A DNA stretch of 64,000 bases from Okamejei kenojei (taxonomy: Eukaryota): positions 20,584,001 through 20,648,000 of the forward strand of contig CM069133.1 in assembly GCA_035221665.1 (NCBI GenBank), written 5' to 3'. The notes beneath the pieces are model-generated. The model had not been told where the DNA came from. It worked only from the letters and a program-made list of their open reading frames with translations, and did not search any database. Below, in pieces: positions 38,131 to 50,837 of this stretch (positions within the stretch are counted from its first letter, which is position 1; every line of letters begins with the position of its first letter). The position numbers and the translations under genes were made by a program.

Positions 38131-38749
38131 AAAAAACCAATTTTCCTTGGTAAATTTAGCCTTTGCTTTGCCTTGCTGTCTCCTCCCCTCCTCAGCTCTT
38201 CCTCAGGCCGCTGGCACCTCCTCTTCATTTCTTCTTCCTTACCCCCTCCCCCCCCCCCCCCACCCTACATCCAGTCTGAAATAAAGGGTTTCGGCCCGAA
38301 ACGTTGTCCTATTTCCTTCGCTCATAGATTGCTGCCGCCACCCGCTCTGAGTGGTGACTCCAGCAAATTTTTGTCTACCTTTAAAAACTAAAGTGTTCAC
38401 TCTGAATAATGAATCGACAGTTGCTGTGGATTCAGAAGGCTGTTGCTCAGAAAAACACTTTCATAATAGCTCGTGGATCGGTTAGTTTTTTGCATTCAGC
38501 TCCACCATCAAGCTGCCATCAGTGCCTCCTCGCCCTCTCGGTTAAATGGCTGCTGTTGCATGTGTTGTATCTGAAATGGCAGGCCTTCCTGAGGCAAGCT
38601 GTGTCTTGCTCTTTGCACTGACACTTTACATTTTCAACTCGTCCTCTCAAATGTTGCTTCATTTCCTTATGGTTTTATAAAATTTGACGTTATAATTGTG
38701 CAAAAGTCTCGCAGATGGTGATGGGAATATCGTACAGATCTAAGCTTCA

Positions 38750-39520
38750 TTTATCCATTAAATAACCCAATCGGATAGTCAGAAATATATCCAGCATCCT
38801 TCCTCCACAGAGAGTTAAGAGAGTCATTAAAGGGAATTGAGTACAAGAGCATGGAGGTTCTACATGCAGTTGTACCAGGGTCATGGTTGAGGCCACACCT
38901 GGAGTATTGCGTACAGATTTTTTTGGTCTCCTAATCTGGAGGAAGGAAAGAAGACCATGCTTGCCATAGAGGGTAGTACAGAGAAGTGATTTCAACCAGA
39001 TTGCATTCCTGGGATGGCACGACTTCCATAGGAAGAAAGACTGGATAGGACTTGGGCTATGTACTCGCTGGAATTTAGTAGATTGAGGATGATCTCGTAG
39101 AGACTTACAAAATTCTTAAGGGGTTGGGACAGCTAGATGCAAGAAGGATTGTTCCCGATTTTGGGGAAGTCCCAGGACAAGGGGGTGGTCACCGTTTCTA
39201 AGGATAAGTGGGGAAAGTCTTTTTAGACCGAGATGAGGAAAATCGTGTTTTTTCACCACAGAGAGTGTGTGAATCTGTGGATATTCTCTGCCACAGTAAG
39301 GTAGTTGAGGCCAGTTCGTTGGCCATATTTAAGAGAGAGTTGGATTGTGGCCCTTGTGGCTGAAGAGATCAGGGGTTGGTCTGGAAGAGAAAGAATAGGC
39401 AGTGTACAGGATACTGAGGTTGGATGATTCAGCCATGATCATATTGAATTGGCGGTGCAGGCTCGACAGGGCGAATGGCCTGCTCCTGCACCTAACTTTC
39501 TAGTGTTTTCTATGTTTTTA
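38750..39520 (+). mobile_element. CR1 3' portion, indel-rich
   Basis: Colinear at DNA level with 45650-46300. Confidence 0.8.
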
Positions 39521-42500
39521 AAGCACAAACAACAGGCCCTCCGTCAGCACTCGTGTCCCACCAATGCCCCCAGTTAAGCTAGTCCCATACACCCTTATTT
39601 GGCCGCATATCCCGCAAAACCTTTCATACCCTTGTATATCGTCCAAGTGTCTATTGGCTGGTATAGTACCTGCCTCCTCTGGCCAGCTTGTCTTCTTATA
39701 CCCGCCTCACCCTGGAGAATGAAACAATTGCCCATGAGGTTCCTAATTAAAATCTGTGCACTCTCCATACCTTTGGAACTATGTTCTCTTGGTTATTGAT
39801 GTACTGTTCACCCCAATATATCTCCCCTCATGGTTTTAGAACACCTGTGATATCATTCTGCGAGAGAAATATGTTTTCCAGTAAGTCAGCAAAACTATCC
39901 ATTGTATTCAGTGGCCTAACCATATGTATTACACGAAACAAAAAACAAACTGCAGAGATACGGGTTTATACCAAGATAGACACAAGGTGCTGGAGTAATT
40001 CAATGGGTCAGGCAGCAACTCTGGGAAGAACATGGATAGGACAACCAAAAACTTCAACCTATCCCGTGTTCACCAGAGAGACTGCCTGACTTGATAAGTT
40101 ACTGCAGCATTTTGTGTCTATAACTATGCATGACAGCATGTCAGAGAGTAAAATGCAAGAATGCTGGTTTCTTCAAACCAAAGGCAAGACAACCAAATAA
40201 CTGGAGTAACTCAGCGGTACAGGGCATCTCTGGAGAACTGGATTAGGACGATGTTTGTCTATGGTGGAGATCCTTCTTCAGACTTGAAGAGGTAGGGGGG
40301 ACTAACGGAAACGAGAGATATAGACGGTTACTTAGGACAATTCTGCAATGGAATGATAATATGCAGATAAGCAACGAATAATCATGGAAAATAGGGAGCC
40401 CACAATGGTCCATTGGGCTGCTGGGAATAGTGGTGATAATCCTAGTTTAATTACAGGACACTGGAGCTACCATTCCAGATACAGTAAATACTTGCATTGG
40501 TCTCTGCACTCAAGTGATATCTGGAAGCTAACCTTTCCTTTCTCACACTGATTTAGTTTGGTTTGGTTTAGTGATATAATCTAAGCACATTAAAGCTACC
40601 CTAAAACACACAAGGGTCAATTTTTACCAGGATTACAAGGGAAAAAGAGTTAATAACCAAATAAAATACATATCTTTAGAAGTATGTTATCGATCGAAAA
40701 ACAAATGAGGACCGCATACAAAATATAGTAAGCAGTATGTTTAGTGAGGAACCAGCAAGCAGATTGGCTTTAATGGTTTAAAATAAACAGGTTGGGAACA
40801 AATAATGAAGAGCTAGAAAAATTTCTAAGATTTGAAACAAAAATTAGATACAGCGCGGAAACTCCATAAAATGAAGCATCTTTGTTATGTTTTATTGGGG
40901 TGAGTCTCGACAGCCACTTGTTGTTTGAGCTCGTTTATAACTAAAAATGAGTCGAAAAGTGGATATCTCCAACACACATTGGAGATGAATCGGAAGACAT
41001 AAATTATAGTGTGCTAATTATATCCTCCTTATATGCTAATCCGTATGCGACCAGCCGAACGATACTCCCAGAATTATAACGCACTAGCTGGTAATATTAC
41101 GAGAGCCTAATTTTACGTAATGATTCCAAAGAGAGACGAATATGCATACAACAAACTATCCCAATTTCATAGCCTGTAGAGTCATCGGATGGCACCCTAT
41201 AAACAACTTACATAGATAACAAGGGGTTAGAGCACTGAACAATTACAAAGCTTGACACCAACGAAAAACAGGTTTAAGCCAATGCCAGAAAACACTCGCA
41301 GCCAGCCAATTAACTCAAACCTGTATCGTTGGAGTGTTGGGAGGCAACTGAAGATCTCGGAGAAAACCCACGCAGTCACGGGGAGAACGTTACAAACTCC
41401 GTACAGACAGCGACCGTAGTGGGGGGAATCGAAAACTCAGGTCTACCGCAAGCGCTCTGTAAAAGGCAGCAACTCTATACCGCAGTGTTGTTACTGAGTG
41501 CCGCCACTGATGGAGAGAGGAACTCGCAATACTGCACTCAAGTCCCTATTAACACCTCCATAACTTCAATGCAAGTAAACCAATGACACTTACAGGCCTG
41601 TCAATTGAAGAAGGTGTTTTTAAAAATTTTAATCTTTAACTGGTTAACTACTCGCCTGAGATGAGGGTCAATTGCATTGGGAGGAACAGTGGGATTGCTT
41701 GGCATGTCTTAGCATCACTCTAGCTTACATTTATAGGAAGCGATTTGAATTGCCTTCCACAATATCCATGCCATATGAAGATCAAATCCCGTTAATAGAT
41801 CATCCCTGTGGGCTCTGTTTAATAATGAGCACTGCGTAATCTTGCAGAAAGAAAACAAACAAAATAATTCTGTGCAGGGGAGAAACTGAAGATGCTGGTT
41901 TACATCGAAGATAGACACAAGAAAAGCTGGATTAAGGTCAGCGGGTTCAGGCAGCACATCATAGGAGAAAAGGCAAAAAAGATGACGTTCCGGGTCGAGA
42001 CCATTTCTTCAGATGTTAGTAGTCATGGGAAAGGGAGAAACTAGAGATATAGCAGCAAGGTATAAAACAAATCATGAGCCAGACACCGATGACAAGGAAA
42101 GGTTTGGAGCCCACCAATGGTCCATTTGTTGGCAGTGGTAGAGGTGATAATGAATGGATTATGAACAGTGAAACTGCAGGAAGACAGCAGAGAAACTTAG
42201 GGGTGAGGGGAGGGACGGGGAGATACCGGGAAAGCCAAGGGGTACTTTGAAACTAGAGGAAATCATATATTCATACCACTGGGTTTTGCAAGCTGCCCCT
42301 AGTGAAAAATTATATGCAGTTGGTTCCTCCAATTTTGGTGTGGAATTCTTAAGGGTTTAGGTTATAGGTTTGAGTTACGGATTGTTTGCTTATTTTGACT
42401 TCATTCAAAGGTTTGCATTTTCCACCCTCTGCTGTGTTCGAACAGGCAAAATCACATGAAATACAACAACAACCATTGTAAAGTGGTGGGCCGCAACTGT

Positions 42501-43703
42501 GTAGTTATCTTGGGGTATGAGTTATATTAATTAAAGCTGTACCACATTTCAGCACAGGACACCTATAAAGCATCACATTATTTATCCATCGACCAGCTGG
42601 GACATTGTTTTACAAGATTTTTGTGGTTAAGTGGCAGAAAACCCAAGTTCTACACACAGATTGGCGCAACTAAATGTAAACATGTGCAACCGATGAAGAC
42701 TCCGTGAGGTGTAAAAATAAAGATCAGTTAGCAGCTTTGTCTGATGTTCTTCTGAAGCTTTGATTAAAACGAATACCTTAAACCTGAAAATTACAGTAGG
42801 CAGAGATTTGGGTCAAGGTTTCAGGTTACAGGGAATGTATGTGGGTGTCTCAATTTGAAGCGTATTACTTACTTTATGCTCTGATGTTGAAATATCTCAG
42901 TTCTGTGCCATTTGGCATCAACCCAATTGATTCTGGCATCTGGCTATAGTTTTGTGCTCAGCATTCATCCTGCACAAATCCAGGAGTTTTGCGTTTGCAA
43001 TGGTGGGCTCTTGCAAAGCATTCAATTTGGTAACCATTAAATTGATCCCTGACAAATATAAGATACCATCTGAAAGTGAACAATCATTTGCCATGTTTTA
43101 CATGTGGCACAACTCAGCTGCCATTAGCAATGGGGCCGTTCTTGAGCATCAGATCAAACAATAAGGAGATTTAAGGGCTTTTATTCATTAAAGGAGTGCA
43201 TCGTGGAGGGTCAATCTGTTCTAGACTAACCAAGATCAACCTGTAACTCTCTGCAGCTCACCCATTTTACCAAATCAACCACTTATTTCCCCACAGTTGG
43301 CCATGCCCACTTTTCTATATGTGTGTGAGTGTTCGTGTGTGTATATACACACACACAATATGGATATATATAAATGCACTCACACACCATATATTTATAT
43401 GCACACACACTAGACAGATGGATAGATAGAGAGAATATAAGACAGACAGACAGACAGGACGACAGGACCAGGACAGACAGACAGACATGACAGACAGGAC
43501 AGACCAGACAGAACAGACAGAACAGACAGGACAGTCATTTTTGTTGTTATTTTATTATCAGTTTTTAACAGAGTAAGTACTATGTGTTACATTTTGGAAG
43601 AAGGGGTCTAGACCCCGAAACGTTGCCATTCCTCCTCTGCTGAGATGCTGCCTGTGCCCGCTGAGTTACTCCAGCATATTGTGCTACCTTCGATTTAAAC
43701 CAG

Positions 43704-46326
43704 CATCTTCACTAAGGAGGACACAAACAATCTTCCTGGATATAGTAGTGGCCAGAGGATCTGGGGTGAACAGAGGAACTGTGGAAATCCACATTAGGCT
43801 GAGGATTGGAAATTGGGTAGTTCGGGTTAGTCTGATGGGACTGAAGGCTGATAAATACCCAGGGCCTGATTGGTCTGACCCAGTTGGTACTTAAGGAAGA
43901 GGCTCTAGAAATCGTGGATGCATTGTTTTGATTAATTTTCCAATGTTCTATTGACTCAGGATCAGTTTCCTGTGGATTGGAGGGCAGCTAATGTTTATCC
44001 CACTTTTTAAGGAAAGCGCATGGGAGATGAGGGGAAAACACGGAATTATAGACCAGTTAGCCTGACATCGGTGGTGGGGAAGATGCTTGGAGTCAATTAT
44101 ATAAGATGAATAGCCCACACATTCTGGATCAGCAGTAAACAAGATCGGTCCGAGTCAGCATGGAGTTACGAAGGGGAAATCTATGCTTGAACTAATCTTC
44201 TGGAATTTTTTGAAAGATGTAACTAGGAAAATGGACAATGGAGAGATAAGAGCAGCCAGTGGATGTTAGTGTACCTGGCACTTTTCAGAAAGCATTTTGA
44301 TAAAAGGGTCCCACATAGGCAGATTAGTGGGCCAAAATTAGGGCACCAGGTATTGGGGGTGGTTTTATCGAGTGGCTGACGATGGATTAGAAAATTGGAT
44401 GGTTGACAGACAGGAGGAAACAAAAGAGTAGAGATTAATCAGGAATCAGATTCAGAATCACACTTTATTCACTCAAGTATTTTTGCGACATACGAGGGAA
44501 TTTTCATTGGCCAGGTCAAGTCAATACAAATTAAAAGCATTAGATCACTCAAAACATATTTGATATAACATGAACATCCCAACCACAGTGACTCCTACAC
44601 ATTCCGTCACTGTGATGGGAAAGGCGGAAATAAAGTTCCAAGGCCTTCTTTTCCTTTTTGTTCTTCCTCGGTCATGTGACCTCAAGCCCTCCGTTTTTGA
44701 ACAGGACGATCTTTGACTCCCGTAGCCGGCTGGCGTTTGGGCCCTCCGCGTTGAGGCGATCAGCTCCTGCATCGGGGGGATGCTCAGCTCCTGCCCGCGC
44801 CTGAGGCCGATCGAATCTCCCGTCGGGGCTTGGACGAACCTTCCGCGATGTTGTAGCTCCCGAACTCGGCCTCCCCCGGAGACTGCGAGCCCTTGATGGA
44901 GTGATTCCGAGCGTGGTCGCGGTGGGGAGCGATCCCAGGTAAGTCCACGCCCCACGTGAGGGCTCACGGGACAGTACCGAGGCAGGCTTCCAGCTCCATC
45001 GATGGTATGGCCGCAGAGCCCGGGGAAATGCGGATCGGAAAATTAATCACATCTCCAGGGATGGTAAGAGTTTGGGAAAAAAAGTTTTCCCCGCGATTCC
45101 CTCCACCATCCCCCCACATTATAAGCAGAACCGAGAACCATTTAAAACAAACTTTTAGAGCATTAAAAATAAGAAATGAAAAAATGAACAGAACTGGCCG
45201 GCAGAGGCACTGTCCATCGCCCACAGGCGCCACCTTGTTGGTCTGGGTCCCTTTCATGAATGGCAGGCAGTGACTGGTGGGTACCGCAAAGGCTCAGTTT
45301 GCTGGGACCCCGCAACCTATTTACAATATCACATCAATGATTTGGAATGACAGGGATTCAAAGTAAACATTAGCAAATTTGCAGATGACACAAAGCTGGG
45401 TGGCAGTGTGAACTGTGTGAGGAAGTGATGCTATGCGAATGACAGGGTGACTTGGACAGGTTGGGGGATGTGGGCAGGTGCTTGGAAGATTAAGGTTTAA
45501 TGTGGATAAATATGAGGTTATTCCACTTTGGTAGCAAAAAACCCAGGAAGGGCAGATTACTATCTGGTGTCACGTGGGGAGAAGAAGGGGAAGTACACGG
45601 GATCTGGGGGTCCATGTTCATCAGTCTATGAAAGTAAGCATGCAGGTACAGCAGGCAGTGAAGAAAGCGAATGGCATGTTAGCCTTTATAAAACGAGGAG
45701 TCGAGTATAGGAGCAAAGAGGTCCTTCTGCAGTTGTACAGGGCCCTAGTGAGACCACATCTGGAGTATTGTGCACAGTTTTGGTCCCCTAATTTGAGGAA
45801 GGACATTCTTGCTATTGAGGGAGTGCAGCGTAGGTTCACAAGGTTAATTCCCGGGATGGCGGGACTATCATATGCTGAGAGAATGGAGCAGCTGGGCTTG
45901 TACACCCTGGAGTTTAGAAGGATGAGAGGGGATCTTATTGAAACATATAAGATTGTTAAGGGTTTGGACACGCTGGAGGCAGGAAACATGTTCCCGATGT
46001 TGGGGGAGTCCAGAACCAGGGGCCACAGTTTCAGAAGGGGTAAGCCATCTAGAACAGAGACGAGGAAACACTTTTTCTCACAGAGAGTTGTGAGTGTGGT
46101 ATTCTCTGCCTCAGAGGGCAGTGGAGGTTGGTTCTCTGGATACTTTCAAGAGAGAGCTAGATAGGGCTCTTAAAAATAGCAGAGTCAGGGAATATGGGGA
46201 GAAGGCAGGAACGGGGTACTGATTGGGGATGATCAGCCATGATCACATTGAATGGCGGTGCTGGCTCGAAGGGCCGAATGGCCTACTCCTGCACCTATTG
46301 TCTATTGTGTATCGACTATTGTCTAT
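43704..46326 (+). mobile_element. CR1-clade LINE covering the RT domain to the 3' tail, interrupted at ~44440-45245
   Basis: KYPGPD, NYRPVSLTSVVGK, QHG, KFADDTK (~45375) and the clean ORF 45574-46164 (LYRALVRPHLEYCAQFWSP...RRMRGDLIETYK); (TCTATTG)n tail. Confidence 0.92.
44440..45245 (-). mobile_element. Non-coding retro-insertion inside CR1 (probable non-autonomous Rex/L2-type element)
   Basis: Minus 5' end CAAGGTGGCGCC, GC-rich body, AATAAA plus (CTGATT/CTGAAT)n tail; CR1 sequence GATTAA|GGGTCCCTTTC rejoins across it. Confidence 0.6.
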
Positions 46327-46986
46327 AGTCATCTGCAGTTCTCTCTTACACATGTTTATATATCTGTTGTGCTGCTGCAGGTAAGAATTTCATCATTCCG
46401 ATACGGGACATATGACAATAAAACTCTCTGGACTCTTGGCAAGATATGATGGCAAATTCAGGCAGCAACTGATGGAGAAAAAGAATAGGTGATGTTTCGG
46501 GTCGAGACCCTTCTCCAGACTTGTGCTGTAAATGAAAAAGGCTGTTTTTACACCATCCCTTTTTATTCTTTTGCTGTTCAGCCTGCAGTTCAATTCATTT
46601 CCCTGCAGTCCAAGTAAAATACCAATTTGTGTAATTTGAACATGCGTCATATCGCTGCTCAGTCAACTTTGGCTTCAGTCCAGCTGATTTTGGCACCTTG
46701 CTGTGGATTTTTGTGCATTGGTTGCTTTAGTTAACAGTTAATAGCTAACCTGCATGAATGAGGAAGCCATGATAACCTTAACGAATTGTTCTGATAATTG
46801 GAACCTTCATCATATGCTATTTCTAGAACTAAATAAATCCTCCTTGTAGGCCTTCAAAATATTTCTTTTGTCCAGAGGGTTTGTGGTTTATGTAACCAAC
46901 ACCAATCATTTTACCAATAGGTGATTATGAAATAAATGTAGAATGCAAAATGAGGAGATTTGTTTAATCGTAAAATAGCTCCTTGG

Positions 46987-48812
46987 AGCATGGTGGCGCA
47001 GCAGTAGTGTTGCTCCCTTACAGCGCCAGAGACCTGGGTTCGATTCTGACTCTGGGTGCTGTCTGTACGGAGTTTGCACGTACTCCCCATGGGCCGTGTG
47101 GGTTTCTCTGGGTGCTATGGTTTCATCTACACAGTTTGGGTTTTTTCGTCTAGGTTAATTGGCTTCTGTAAATTAGACAATAGATAATTGGCAATAGACA
47201 AAAGGTGCAGGAGTAGGCCATTCGGCCCTTCGAGCCAGCACCGCCATTCAATGTGATCATGGCTGATCATTCCCCAATCTATACCCCGTTCTGCCTCCTC
47301 CCCATATCACCTGACTCCGCTATTTTTAAGAGCCCTATCTAGCTCTCTCTTGAAAGCATCCAGAGAACCTGCCTCCACCGCCCTCTGAGACAGAGAATTC
47401 CACAGACTCACCACTCTGTGAGAAAAAGTCAAGTCAAGTCACATTTATTTCTATAGCACATTTAAAAAACAACTCTCGTTGACCAAAGTGCTTTACATTT
47501 GTTATAAGAGTAGTATACACAAGCAGGCTACATACATATATACAAATAGCCCTCGCTCAGAGGACGTCAGGAAAGGCTTGGGAGAACAGATACGTTTTTA
47601 GACTAGACTTAAAGGAGTCGATGGAGGGGGCAGTTCTGATGGGGAGGGGGATGCTGTTCCACAGTCTAGGAGCTGCGACCGCAAAGGCGTGGTCGCCCCT
47701 GAGCTTATGCCTAGACCGCGGGACATTCAGCAACCCCAAGTCGGCCGATCTGAGGGACCTGGAGGTGGTGTAGTGGGTGAGAAGACTTTTAATGTAGGTG
47801 GGTGCAAGCCCATTGAGGGCTTTGTAGACAGAGAGGAGGGTCTTGAAATTAATTCGGAACCGCACAGGGAGCCAGTGGAGGGAGGCCAGGATCGGGGTGA
47901 TGTGGTCCCTTTTTCGGGTGCCCGTCAGGAGTCTCGCTGCGGCGTTTTGGACCAGTTGCAGGCGGGACAGGGAAGATTGGCTGATGCCAGTGTAAAGGGA
48001 GTCGCAGTAATCTAGGCGGGAGGAGATAAACGTGTGGATGATCTTTTCAAGGTCATCAAACTGGAGGAATTGTTTTATTTTAGTTATCATCCGAAGCTGG
48101 AAGAAGCTAGCTTTAACCATGGCATTGACTTGTTTGTCAAACTTCAGTGCTGAGTCAAATATCACGCCAAGGTTTTTGACGTGAGGTTTGAGTAGTGGGG
48201 TAAGGCTTCCAAGGCTGCCTGCTATCATTTTGATTGTGTCCGAGGGGCCGAGAATGATGACCTCAGACTTACTCTTGTTTAGTTGGAAGGAAAATTGTTT
48301 CCTCATCTCCGTTCTAAATGGCCTACCCCTTATTCTTAAACTGTGGCCCCTGGTTCTGGACTCCCTCAACACCGGGAACATGTTTCCTGCCTCTAGTGTG
48401 TCCAAGCTCTTAACAATCTTATATGTTTCAATGAGATCCCCTCTCATCCTTCCAAACTCCAGAGTGTACAAGCCCAGCTGCTCCATTCTCTCAGCATATG
48501 ACAGTCCCGCCATCCCGGGAATTAACCTTATAAACCTACGCTGCACTCCCTCAATAGCAAGAATGTCCTTCCTCAAATTAGGGGACCAAAACTGCACGCA
48601 ATACTCCAGGTGTGGTCTCACTAGGGCTCTGTACAACTGCAGAAGGACCTCTTTGCTCCTATCTTCGATTCCTCTTGTTATAAAGGCCAACATGCCATTC
48701 GCTTTCTTCACTGCCTGCTGTACCTGAGAGTGGAGGATAGAACTAGTGTATGGATTCTTGGTCGGTGTGGACTTGGTGGCCCAAAGGGCTGTATCTCTAA
48801 AAACTAAAACTA
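46987..48812. mobile_element. Triple nest: V-SINE (+) containing CR1 (~47175-48725, minus) containing L2
   Basis: SINE head 46987-47173 and tail ~48730-48812; CR1 peptide QVQQAVKKANGMLAFITRG...RTRGHSLRIRG. Confidence 0.9.
47426..48296 (-). mobile_element. L2-clade LINE 3' fragment with uninterrupted reading frame
   Basis: QLNKSKSEV...VKNLGVIFDS...FISSRLDYCDSL...LQLVQNAAARLL...HITPILASLHWLP...APRLWNSIP...FKSSLKTYLF; (TTGAC)n tail. Confidence 0.92.
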
Positions 48813-49254
48813 ATGTGGAGTTCTGTGCTAAGTTTTTGGTCTCCTCACTGAGGGAGGATGTTTGCGCAATGGAGGGAATGCAATGGAGAAGTATTCGACT
48901 AATTCCTGGGATGGTTGGACCGCGTGGAGAGATTGAGTTATTTGGTGACATGAGGAACTGTGGTTTCTGGAATCTTGAGCAGAATACAAAGAGCTAGAGG
49001 AAACCTACAGTGCATCAAGCAAAAAAAAAAAGCACCTGTGGAAAGAATGCTCAAATGATGCTTTGTGTTGTGAACACTCCTATCACACGCATCGGGCCAG
49101 CAGTAAATCGCAGAGGGTGGGAGCCAGTGACGGGAGGGTCACTTACAGACACTCCCTCTGAATGAGAAGCGTGCCCGAACAATAATGGGCAGCTGCCATT
49201 TACTCCACGGATACTGCCTGACCTCTGAGTTTATTTTAGTTTAGTTTGGAACAT

Positions 49255-50062
49255 ACGTGTAAAAACCGCAAGAAATGCTACATTTGTCTGCAACCCGCAA
49301 GAAATGCACGCTCGCTTGTACCTTCACCTCCCACCCTCCACTCCTTTCAGGGACCCAAGCTGTCCTTTCCAGGTCCCGACAGAGGTTCACTGCACCTCCT
49401 CCAACCTCATCTACTGCATCCCGACTGCTGGCTCCAGATGCCAGAGATGATCTATATCGGTGAGACAAGCGGAGGCTTGGCAGATCGTTTCGCCGAACAC
49501 CCTCCGCCTCGGTTCCACAAAAAAAACCAACCTGACCTCCCGGGTCGCCTCAGCAACATTCAACTCCCCCTCCCATATCCGTATCCGGCCTCTGGTCCTG
49601 GGTCCTCCATCCATGGGGCCAGTGAGTGAGCAACACCGCATAGTTGGAGGACTACAGCACCTCATATTACGCTTGGGGAGTCTGCATCCTTTGGGCTTGA
49701 ACATTGAATTTTCTCAATTCTGTTTCACCCATGCTGTCTCCTCCCTTTTTGCCCACCTCTCCCTCAGCCTCGGGCCCTGGCATTCCCTTCTCATCTCTTA
49801 TCTCCTCCCCAACATTAGTTGCAACTAGCTTCTCATTTTCACACCACAAACAGCTTACAATGGCTTGTTCCCTTTATCATCGACACTTTTTTGCATATCT
49901 TTCATTCATTGTTCTTTATCTCTCCACATCACCGTCTATATCTCTCGTTTCCCTGATCCCTGACCAGTCTGAAGAAGGGTCTCGACCCGAAACGTCGCCT
50001 ATCTCCTTCGCTCCTTAGATGCTGCTGCACCCGCTGAGTTTCTCCAGCTTTTTGTGTAACCC
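49255..50062 (+). mobile_element. Penelope-like element, second 5'-truncated copy
   Basis: Colinear with ~33020-33773 (MIYIGET...DRFAEH); same terminal module. Confidence 0.85.
49969..49996 (+). ncRNA. Minimal hammerhead ribozyme motif, intact core
   Basis: Identical 28-mer to 33677-33704. Confidence 0.75.
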
Positions 50063-50069
50063 CCAGTGT

Positions 50070-50335
50070 AAAAACAAGCTCTTTGGCCCACTGAGTCCGT
50101 GCCGACCAGCGTTCCCTGTGCACTAGCACTACCCTAAGCACACTAGAAAAATGTTACCTAGGCAAATGAACCTACAAACGTGTACGTCTTGGAGTGTGGG
50201 AGGAAACCGAAGCTCGAGGAGAAAAGCCACAGGGTCACGGAGAGGACATGCAAACCCCGTCCAGACAGCACCCGTAGTCAGGATTGAACCCGGGTCTCTG
50301 GCACTAGAGGCGGCAGCTCTATACAGTGGACACAG
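50070..50335 (-). mobile_element. V-SINE
   Basis: V-domain and GGTTCAATCC on minus. Confidence 0.8.
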
Positions 50336-50837
50336 TACTTGCTAATGGAAAAAAAAAGGAAATCCTGGAGGGCAACTTTTTCAGATAGCCATTCCATGTG
50401 AAAGTTTATTGCTGAATGAGGGAGGGCTGCGATAATGCAGGAAAATGATAAATCTACCAGTTGCATAAATCGTAATTACAAATATTCCCCCTGGAATGTA
50501 AAGTTCCAAGGGGAACAACGTCATAACAGTGATTTCATGAGAAATGAAATTGTGAAAATCGGAGCAATTGTTACAAATGAATCAGCTGAGTATAGAAAGA
50601 AGGAAATGAAGATGCTGGTTTACTAAGGAAAGACACAAAATGCTGGAGTAATTCAAGCAGAATCCCTGGCAAACATGGATTGGTGACGTTTCAGACTGGA
50701 CAGTTCAGATCAGAACCCATCTTGAGATTGTAGTGTAAAGATGGATCCCAAATGTAATCCCAAAATGGCACCTCCTGCCTTATGGTCTCCATGTGGGCTG
50801 TTCTGTGCATTCTGTATTAACCGGGGGATCGTGCTTA

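Noticed and set aside
45574-46164. 196-aa ORF as a host gene
   Set aside because: It is the C-terminal part of CR1 ORF2; near-identical peptides recur at ~29460-29870 and ~48300-48720.
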